The notes under the pieces were generated by a model, which was not told where the DNA came from, searched no databases, and saw nothing but the letters and a program-made list of their open reading frames with translations. A DNA stretch of 64,000 nt from Clostridia bacterium. Its GTDB lineage: Bacteria; Bacillota; Clostridia; UMGS1883; UMGS1540. The DNA lies in the NCBI GenBank assembly GCA_017450025.1, contig JAFSYJ010000038.1, positions 24,403 to 88,402 of the forward strand, written 5' to 3'. Position numbers and translations under genes: made by a program. Shown one piece after another: positions 57,482-64,000 of the stretch; positions within the stretch are counted from its first letter, which is position 1; every line of letters starts with the position of its first letter.

Positions 57482-57802
57482 TTACACCTCCATTACTTGT
57501 ATAAAGTCGCAGTATTGTAATTGAAGCTCTTTGAAAAAAAGACGCATACTTTCTATTAACAAATCTGCTTTTTCTGTTTTTTCGGGATCAAGCTGCGGAA
57601 TACTATACGATACATAACCACTTTTTTCTGTTATATCAAGCGGTATATTCAAAACATTTGTGAGCGAGTTTGTAATGCACCATAACACCGATGACACGGC
57701 TGAGCATACAATATCGTCGCCCTCATATGCAAATCCGCTGTGACCTGATACCTCAACATAGGAGAAACTCCCGTTTTGCTTTTTAAAGCTTACCTTAATC
57801 AT
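57482..57802 (-). CDS. prp: ribosomal-processing cysteine protease Prp
   Basis: DUF464-type sequence with GHSGFAYEGDDIVCSAVS; lies between rplU and rpmA. Confidence 0.85.
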   Translation of the reverse strand: MIKVSFKKQNGSFSYVEVSGHSGFAYEGDDIVCSAVSSVLWCITNSLTNVLNIPLDITEKSGYVSYSIPQLDPEKTEKADLLIESMRLFFKELQLQYCDFIQVMEV

Positions 57803-58110
57803 TAACCTATTTTCTCGATCTGGATTTTTGTGTAAGGCTGACGGTGTCCCTGTTTTCTGCGGTAACCCTTTTTAGGCTTGTACTTGAATACAATGATTTT
57901 TTTGGCTTTACCGTTCTTAAGAACCTTGCCGCTTACCTTTGCGTCAGCAACATACGGTGTGCCGAAGTTTAACGAACCTTCTTCACCTACTGCGAGAACC
58001 TTGTCAAAAGAAACTTTACCGTCAACTTCAACATCAAGCTTTTCAACATAAATTACATCGCCTTCGGAAACCTTATACTGCTTTCCGCCAGTTTCAATAA
58101 TTGCGTACAT
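57802..58110 (-). CDS. rplU: 50S ribosomal protein L21
   Basis: [15 protein letters not shown]-terminus; GGGAGG RBS; first ATG of the ORF track rejected because it overlaps the RBS. Confidence 0.95.
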   Translation of the reverse strand: MYAIIETGGKQYKVSEGDVIYVEKLDVEVDGKVSFDKVLAVGEEGSLNFGTPYVADAKVSGKVLKNGKAKKIIVFKYKPKKGYRRKQGHRQPYTKIQIEKIG

Positions 58111-58194
58111 TGAATACACCTCCCATTTTTATCAGGTCTCGCTGATTCGGGCAAGTAGGCATACTTTTAGACCCTTCTCATGCGGATAAACTAT

Positions 58195-58223
58195 ATTGTA
58201 GCATAAGAGCGGCGGAATGTCAA
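58195..58223 (-). promoter_or_regulatory. promoter of the rplU-prp-rpmA operon
   Basis: Minus strand TTGACA - 17 nt - TACAAT. Confidence 0.55.
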
Positions 58224-58332
58224 TATTTTTTGGAAAAAGTATGCGGATTTTTTTGTTCCTATATATCGTATATATCAAAATATGAAACCGCATATATTGT
58301 GATTTGATCAAAAATTTCACTAAAATTACAAT

Positions 58333-58377
58333 AAAAATAAAAAAAAATTAAAAAAATTTTAAAAAAATTTAAAAAAA
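58333..58377. repeat. five phased A-tracts (A5, A9, A7, A7, A7) at about 10-bp spacing
   Basis: Consistent with intrinsically bent DNA or an UP-element-like region just upstream of the mraZ -35 box, in the divergent rplU/mraZ intergenic region. Confidence 0.5.
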
Positions 58378-58380
58378 GAC

Positions 58381-58409
58381 TTGAATTTATTCCAAAAATA
58401 GGTTAAAAT
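58381..58409 (+). promoter_or_regulatory. dcw-cluster (mraZ) promoter
   Basis: TTGAAT - 17 nt - TAAAAT. Confidence 0.5.
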
Positions 58410-58463
58410 TTAAGAAAAGTGGTTCAAAATACCACAAAATTCCATAAAGTGGAGGTGAAGGCA

Positions 58464-58907
58464 ATGACAACAGGCTTTGTCGGAGAATTTAATCACAGCT
58501 TGGACGCGAAGGGCAGATTGATATTGCCTTCGCGCTTCAGAGGAGAGTTTGAAGGCAAATGCTTTATCAGCAAAGGGTACGACAAAACGCTCAGCATATA
58601 TACAGTTGAAGAATGGACAAAGTTTATTGAAAAGCTTGCGACTCTCAGCGTTCACAATGCCGCTGCAAGACAGATAAGACGCTTTTTTGCATCTTCTGCT
58701 GCGGAATGTGATATGGACAAGCAGGGCAGAATAGTTATTCCGCCAAATCTGCGCTCATTTTTGGAGCTTCCCGAAGATTCGACAGATGTTGTCGTTGTGG
58801 GCGCTATCGAGAAAATAGATGTTTGGAGTGCAGAAAACTGGAAGAAATATACCGAGGATATTGTTATAGAAGAAGCCGGTGAAAAGCTTGCAGAGCTCGG
58901 ACTGTAA
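58464..58907 (+). CDS. mraZ: transcriptional regulator MraZ
   Basis: Duplicated DxxxR motifs (HSLDAKGRLILPSRFR); start at MTTGFVGEF with a GGAGGTG RBS. Confidence 0.9.
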   Translation: MTTGFVGEFNHSLDAKGRLILPSRFRGEFEGKCFISKGYDKTLSIYTVEEWTKFIEKLATLSVHNAAARQIRRFFASSAAECDMDKQGRIVIPPNLRSFLELPEDSTDVVVVGAIEKIDVWSAENWKKYTEDIVIEEAGEKLAELGL

Positions 58908-58910
58908 GGT

Positions 58911-59876
58911 ATGGCTATGGAATTTGAACACATTTCGGTTTTAAAGGACGAGCTTGTCGGCGGCGTGATGCGCGGCAACGGCATATATGTTGATATGACG
59001 CTCGGCGGCGGCGGACACAGCGGTGAAATATTAAAACGCGGAGGGCGGCTTATCGGAATAGATCAGGACAGCGACGCTATCGAAGCCGCAAAAAAATATT
59101 TTTCTTCTATAAATATAAAAGAGGACAGGTTTTCGCTTGTAAAAAGCAACTTCAGCGAAATAAAAACCGTGCTTGACGGCTTGGATATCAAAGAAGTTGA
59201 CGGAATTATAGCGGATTTGGGCGTTTCTTCGTACCAATTGGACGAGCCCGGAAGAGGGTTTTCGTATATGCACGACGCGCCGCTGGATATGAGAATGGAC
59301 AGGGACGGCGATTTTTCGGCAGAAACCGTTGTAAATGAGTATGGCGAGGACAAGCTTGCGGAAATAATATTTTCTTACGGAGAGGAACGCTGGGCAAAAA
59401 GAATAGCGCAGTTTATTGCCGAAGCAAGAAAGGATAAGAGAATCACCACAACAGGCGAGCTTGTTTCGATTATAAAGGCGGCGGTGCCGAAGGGCGCAAG
59501 GCAAGACGGCCCGCACCCCGCAAAACGGACATTTCAGGCGATCAGAATAGAAGTGAACGGCGAACTGAAAATACTTGAAAACGCCGTCAAAGACGCTGTC
59601 AGCACTCTGAAAGACGGAGGGCGGATAGGGATAATAACTTTTCATTCGCTTGAGGACAGAATTGTAAAAAACACTTTTAAGGAGCTCAGCGTCGGATGTG
59701 TTTGTCCGCCGGATTTTCCGGTATGTCAATGCGGCAGGACACCGCAGGTTAAAATAATTACGAAAAAGCCTATTCTGCCGTCTGCGGATGAGCTTGAGGC
59801 AAATCCGCGCAGCAGAAGCGCAAAGTTACGGATAGCAGAAAAAATCAGTATTACTGAAAGGGAGTGTAGGGGTTGA
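58911..59876 (+). CDS. rsmH: 16S rRNA (cytosine1402-N4)-methyltransferase
   Basis: HISVL...GGGGHS SAM-binding motifs. Confidence 0.95.
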   Translation: MAMEFEHISVLKDELVGGVMRGNGIYVDMTLGGGGHSGEILKRGGRLIGIDQDSDAIEAAKKYFSSINIKEDRFSLVKSNFSEIKTVLDGLDIKEVDGIIADLGVSSYQLDEPGRGFSYMHDAPLDMRMDRDGDFSAETVVNEYGEDKLAEIIFSYGEERWAKRIAQFIAEARKDKRITTTGELVSIIKAAVPKGARQDGPHPAKRTFQAIRIEVNGELKILENAVKDAVSTLKDGGRIGIITFHSLEDRIVKNTFKELSVGCVCPPDFPVCQCGRTPQVKIITKKPILPSADELEANPRSRSAKLRIAEKISITERECRG

Positions 59877-60343
59877 GAGTGCCAACAAACGGTTCCAGCG
59901 CTTATAAATATGAAAGGTATTACGACGAACCCAAGAAAAAGGCAAAAAAGGGCGCAGTAAAAAAACACCATACTAAAAAATTAGGCTCTAATGCACTTGC
60001 AGTTATTGCGGTGACAGGATTGGCTTTTATACTGCTTTTCAGATATGCTTGTATTACGGAAATGAGTTCGCGTCTTGCGGATTTAAAGGGCAAGTATGAT
60101 GAGCTGCAAAGTGTGGCTGTTGCAAAGGATTTTGAACTGGAGCAGGAAGTTGACCTTAAAAAGGTTGAGGAAATTGCAACGGGCGAGCTTGGTATGCAAA
60201 GACCCGAAAAGCACCAGATAGTTTATGTGGATATGCAAAACACAGACTACATAGAAAGCGCTTCCGTTAACGAATCAAAAAACGGCGGACTTTTGGCAGT
60301 AATTACAGGCGCTTGGGAAAAGCTATGGGAATATTTTAATTAA
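59873..60343 (+). CDS. ftsL: cell division protein FtsL-like (septum formation initiator)
   Basis: Basic cytoplasmic N-terminus, one TM helix, coiled-coil; conserved position; TTG or GTG start uncertain. Confidence 0.65.
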   Translation: MRVPTNGSSAYKYERYYDEPKKKAKKGAVKKHHTKKLGSNALAVIAVTGLAFILLFRYACITEMSSRLADLKGKYDELQSVAVAKDFELEQEVDLKKVEEIATGELGMQRPEKHQIVYVDMQNTDYIESASVNESKNGGLLAVITGAWEKLWEYFN

Positions 60344-60373
60344 AAAGTATCTATATATAAATAGACAGGATTT

Positions 60374-60425
60374 GTAAAACTCCTGAGTAAAATTAAATTT
60401 GGATTTTACCGGGAGTTTTTAAGAT
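60374..60425 (+). promoter_or_regulatory. nested hairpin with a U-tract between ftsL and the pbp gene (attenuator-like)
   Basis: AAAACTCC [GTAAAAT..ATTTTAC] GGGAGTTTT followed by TAAGATTTT. Confidence 0.35.
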
Positions 60426-60465
60426 TTTATAATTATTAACGCTGAGCGAACAGGAGGGAGCATAT

Positions 60466-62652
60466 TTGGCCAAAAAAAGAGTTAACATCCGTAAACGAAT
60501 GATAACATTTTACGGAATATTTTTGGTTTTAATGTTGATACTTCTCGGTCGCACGGCGTATTGGCAGATCATAAGGGGCGCAGAGCTGAAAGAGGAAGCA
60601 GAACAGCAGCAAATGCGCGACAGTATGGTAAGCCCCAAGAGGGGAAGCATATACGACAGAAATCAAAAAATTCTCGCGCAAAGTGCCAGCGCGGAAATGG
60701 TTTGCATTGTGCCTGTTGACATCAAAAGAGCAGGCAATGCAGAAGAAGTCGCAGGCAAGCTCAGCGAAATTCTCGGCGTGGATTACGACTTTGTATATCA
60801 AAAAACTCAAAAAGATTCATACTATGAAATAATCAAAAAAAAGGTAGAAAAAGAAACTGCCGACAAAATCCGAGAGCTTAAGCTCGACGGAATACGACTT
60901 GACGAGGACACAAAGCGTTATTATCCGGGCGGTACGCTTGCATCGCACATTATCGGATTTACGGGTAGCGATAATCAGGGACTTGGCGGTGTCGAAATCG
61001 TATATGATGACGCTCTCAAGGGTATTTCGGGCAGAATAAAAACGGCAAAAAATGCAAACGGAACAGATATGCCGTACGAATATGAGCAATACCTTGACCC
61101 TATCGCGGGCAGTGATGTTATTCTCACCATTGACGAGGTTATTCAGCATTTTGTGGAAAAGCATCTCGAAACAGCGTGGATAAACAATCAGGCTGTTGAC
61201 GGAGCGGCAGCTATCGTTATGAACCCGAAAACAGGCGAAATACTCGCAATGGCGGTTAAGCCTGACTACGACCTTAACAACCCTATGGCAATTACAAATC
61301 CCGAAACTTTGGAAATGCTGTCAGGCTATTCGGGAGAAGAATACGACAAGAAGTTTTCGGAAGAGCTTAATAAAATTTGGAGGAACAAGGCTGTTTCCGA
61401 TACATACGAGCCCGGTTCGACTTTTAAGGCGTTTACGGCATCATCAGCATTGGAAGAAAACACATCAAGGCTTGAAGATCAGTTCTTCTGCGGCGGCTCA
61501 AAGGTAGTTTCCGACTGGGAAATCCATTGCCACAAAACAGGCGGTCACGGCGCGCAGGACTTTGTTCACGCAGTTTATAATTCCTGCAACCCGGCGTTTA
61601 TCGAAATCGGATTGAGTCTTGGTATTGAAAACTTTTCAAGATATTTTGCGGCGTTTGGGTTTACGGAAAAAACAGGCTTTGAATTGCCAGGTGAGTCCAT
61701 CGGCAGCTACCACAAAAAAGAAGATATGAAGCAAATCGACCTTGCTACAAGCTCGTTCGGGCAGAGCTTTACCGTGACACCCCTCCAGATGATTACGGCG
61801 TTTAGCTCGATAGCAAACGGCGGTTATCTTATGAAGCCTTACATCGTTAAGCAGGTTATAGACGGCAACGGAAACATAATTAAAAATGTTGAGCCGCAGG
61901 TGGTAAGGCAGGTTATATCCGATAAAACAAGCAAAACTATGCGTGAAATTCTTGAAGGCGTTGTCTCGCAGGGCGGCGGTAAAAATGCATATGTGCCGGG
62001 TTACAGAATAGCCGGTAAAACAGGTACAAGTGAAAAGCTGCCCAGAGGCTCGCATCAGTATATAGCCTCATTTATCGGATTTGCTCCGGCAAACGACCCT
62101 CAGATCGTGTGTCTTGTTTTACTTGACAATCCGCAGGGAAACGAGTACTACGGCGGTATGATCGCCGCTCCTGTTGTGGGAAATATCGTTGAGGATACTC
62201 TGAGATACCTCGGTATAGACCCGCAATATACAGAAACAGAAATGCAGTCAAGAGATATTCTGATGCCTGAAGTTAGAGGAAAGAGCCTTGCAGAGGCACA
62301 GCAGATTATAACTAACACAGGGCTGAAGTATCAGATAATAGGTGGCGGCGACAGCGTAGTTGACCAAACTCCAAAGCCCGGTGTAGGACTTAATCAGGGC
62401 GCTGTCGGCATACTTTACACAGAAGCAATGGATTCGGAAGCAACGGTTACGGTGCCTGATCTTACGGGATATTCTGCCGTTGACTGTAACATTTTACTGA
62501 CGGGAGCAGGACTTAACTTTAGAGTTTCCGGTCCCGGCAAGACTGACGGCGGCGGTATGGCGTTGGCGGCAGGACAGGATCCGGCACCCGGAACGGAAGT
62601 GCCGATGGGTACAATCGTTTATGTGCAGTTCAGGTACGCGAGTGCGGAATAA
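60466..62652 (+). CDS. class B penicillin-binding protein (FtsI/PBP2B/SpoVD-like) with C-terminal PASTA domains
   Basis: Transpeptidase motifs STFK, SCN, KTGT; two C-terminal PASTA-like repeats. Confidence 0.9.
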   Translation: MAKKRVNIRKRMITFYGIFLVLMLILLGRTAYWQIIRGAELKEEAEQQQMRDSMVSPKRGSIYDRNQKILAQSASAEMVCIVPVDIKRAGNAEEVAGKLSEILGVDYDFVYQKTQKDSYYEIIKKKVEKETADKIRELKLDGIRLDEDTKRYYPGGTLASHIIGFTGSDNQGLGGVEIVYDDALKGISGRIKTAKNANGTDMPYEYEQYLDPIAGSDVILTIDEVIQHFVEKHLETAWINNQAVDGAAAIVMNPKTGEILAMAVKPDYDLNNPMAITNPETLEMLSGYSGEEYDKKFSEELNKIWRNKAVSDTYEPGSTFKAFTASSALEENTSRLEDQFFCGGSKVVSDWEIHCHKTGGHGAQDFVHAVYNSCNPAFIEIGLSLGIENFSRYFAAFGFTEKTGFELPGESIGSYHKKEDMKQIDLATSSFGQSFTVTPLQMITAFSSIANGGYLMKPYIVKQVIDGNGNIIKNVEPQVVRQVISDKTSKTMREILEGVVSQGGGKNAYVPGYRIAGKTGTSEKLPRGSHQYIASFIGFAPANDPQIVCLVLLDNPQGNEYYGGMIAAPVVGNIVEDTLRYLGIDPQYTETEMQSRDILMPEVRGKSLAEAQQIITNTGLKYQIIGGGDSVVDQTPKPGVGLNQGAVGILYTEAMDSEATVTVPDLTGYSAVDCNILLTGAGLNFRVSGPGKTDGGGMALAAGQDPAPGTEVPMGTIVYVQFRYASAE

Positions 62653-62675
62653 TTTTTGGGAAAGGAACGAGAAAA

Positions 62676-64000
62676 GTGAAACTCAGCGATGTTTTGAAAG
62701 GACTTGACTATACTCTTACGGGAAACGATGCGGATATAACATCTATTGAATACGATTCACGCAGAGTGAAGGCAGGGAGTTTATTTGTTGCCATAAAGGG
62801 GTTTCAGACAGACGGACATTTATATATAGACAAGGCGATTGAGAACGGTGCCTCGGCTATACTGTTTGAAGAAGGCGAAGCAAAGCAGGGGGGTTCTTTT
62901 GCAAAATGTGCTGATACGCGTATCGGTCTCAGCATCGCTGCGGCAAACTTTTATGAAAACAGTGCGTCGCGGTTGAAAATTATCGGCGTTACGGGAACTA
63001 ACGGCAAGACGACCACAACGACGCTTATAAAAAATATTCTTGAACTTAAGGGATACAAAACAGGTCTTATCGGTACTAACCAGAATATGATTGGCGATGA
63101 AGTTATAAAAACCGAGAGAACAACTCCTGAATCCTGTGACTTACACGCTCTTTTTAACGAGATGGAGGCAAAAGGCGTAACGCATGTTGTGATGGAAGTT
63201 TCATCACACGCTTTGGTACTTAACAGGACACACGGTATAAACTTTGAGGTTGGCGTTTTTACAAATCTTACGCAGGATCATCTTGATTTTCACAAAACTA
63301 TGGAGGAATACTGCAAGGCAAAGGCGATTTTGTTCAGTCAGTCCAAAAAAGGCGTTATAAATATTGATGACAAATGGGGCAAAAGCATAATTAAAAATTC
63401 GGGCTGTCCGGCAATTACATACGGTATAGACGCTGAGGCTGATTTGAAAGCCGAAAATGTTAAAATGAGCGAAAAAGGCGTTATTTTTGACGCTGTATAT
63501 AATGGCGAAGTTCAGAATATAAAGCTTGGTATCCCGGGAAAGTTTTCGGTTTACAACGCATTATCGGCAATAGGGGCGTGCTTACAGCTCGGCATTGGAT
63601 TTGAGGAAATCGCGAAGGGGCTTGTACTTGCCAAGGGCGTAAAAGGCAGAGCGGAAATCGTGCCGCTTCCCGCAGGATATACGGTGCTGATTGATTACGC
63701 GCACACTCCCGACGGACTTGAAAACATAATAAATACCGTTCAGGATTTTGCAAGCGGTGATGTGATCACGGTATTCGGCTGCGGCGGCGACCGAGACAAA
63801 ACAAAGCGTCCAAAAATGGGAGCTATTGCAGGCAAGCTGTCCGATTATGTTATAGTGACAAGCGACAATCCGCGTACAGAAGATCCCGACGCTATTATAA
63901 AAGACATTTTAGAGGGAATGACGGAGTTTACAAATTATGAGGTTGAGCCTGACAGGACAAAGGCAATAGGGCGCGCCTTAAAAATTGCAAAAGACAATGA
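62676..64000 (+). CDS. murE: UDP-N-acetylmuramoyl-L-alanyl-D-glutamate--2,6-diaminopimelate ligase, N-terminal approx. 440 aa (3' end outside window)
   Basis: GTG start with an AAGGAA RBS; Mur ligase motifs GVTGTNGKTTT and DNPR; ORF runs off the window. Confidence 0.85.
   Translation, partial: MKLSDVLKGLDYTLTGNDADITSIEYDSRRVKAGSLFVAIKGFQTDGHLYIDKAIENGASAILFEEGEAKQGGSFAKCADTRIGLSIAAANFYENSASRLKIIGVTGTNGKTTTTTLIKNILELKGYKTGLIGTNQNMIGDEVIKTERTTPESCDLHALFNEMEAKGVTHVVMEVSSHALVLNRTHGINFEVGVFTNLTQDHLDFHKTMEEYCKAKAILFSQSKKGVINIDDKWGKSIIKNSGCPAITYGIDAEADLKAENVKMSEKGVIFDAVYNGEVQNIKLGIPGKFSVYNALSAIGACLQLGIGFEEIAKGLVLAKGVKGRAEIVPLPAGYTVLIDYAHTPDGLENIINTVQDFASGDVITVFGCGGDRDKTKRPKMGAIAGKLSDYVIVTSDNPRTEDPDAIIKDILEGMTEFTNYEVEPDRTKAIGRALKIAKDN

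Noticed and set aside
58111-58190. Rfam-type L21 leader autoregulatory structure upstream of rplU
   Set aside because: Only a 5-bp outer stem (GGUCU/AGACC) around a large unstructured loop could be drawn. That is too weak to call.
1-64000. CRISPR arrays, transposases, integrases, phage genes, restriction-modification or toxin-antitoxin modules
   Set aside because: No direct-repeat and spacer periodicity, no DDE or tyrosine-recombinase-like ORFs, and no recognisable defence-gene families were seen by eye. The window is dominated by core operons.

Overview
This 64-kb window looks like chromosomal DNA from a low-GC Gram-positive anaerobe, probably a Clostridia-type Firmicute. The evidence is an SLH-domain S-layer protein, Firmicutes operon layouts, the ribosomal protein L27 propeptide with its Prp protease, and strong Shine-Dalgarno sites. 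Most of the window is well-known core genome. In order along the window: the 3' end of secA; prfB; a highly expressed SLH S-layer gene; an orphan larC homologue; an organic-acid island (citD-citE-citF-like lyase, an unknown TIM-barrel-like protein, class I Fe-S hydro-lyase beta and alpha subunits, an Fe-ADH interrupted by an in-frame TAA, and a GlcD-like FAD oxidase fused to EtfA); an ArsR/HMA/P1B-ATPase metal-efflux cassette; galE; rimP-nusA-ylxR-ylxQ-infB-rbfA-nrnA-truB-ribF; a rubredoxin that the ORF track missed; an SPFH/zinc-ribbon/TPM trio resembling B. subtilis ydjI, ydjG and ydjH; a guanine-riboswitch-controlled BMP-family nucleoside ABC transporter; a complete hisZGDCBHAF(IE) operon on the minus strand; rpsP-KH-rimM-trmD; ylxM-ffh; cysK; tcdA; yqeK-nadD-obg-rpmA-prp-rplU; and the start of the dcw cluster (mraZ-rsmH-ftsL-pbp-murE). 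I recognised no rRNA, tRNA, CRISPR array, transposase, integrase or phage gene. I could not identify an obvious defence-type or otherwise clearly undescribed system. The most unusual content is the organic-acid island (lyase, hydro-lyase, FAD-oxidase::EtfA fusion and nonsense-interrupted ADH), a structured GC-rich 220-nt intergenic element after the S-layer gene, and the ydjIGH-like membrane module without a pspA gene. All calls rest on reading the sequence and ORF translations by eye; no database search was run.
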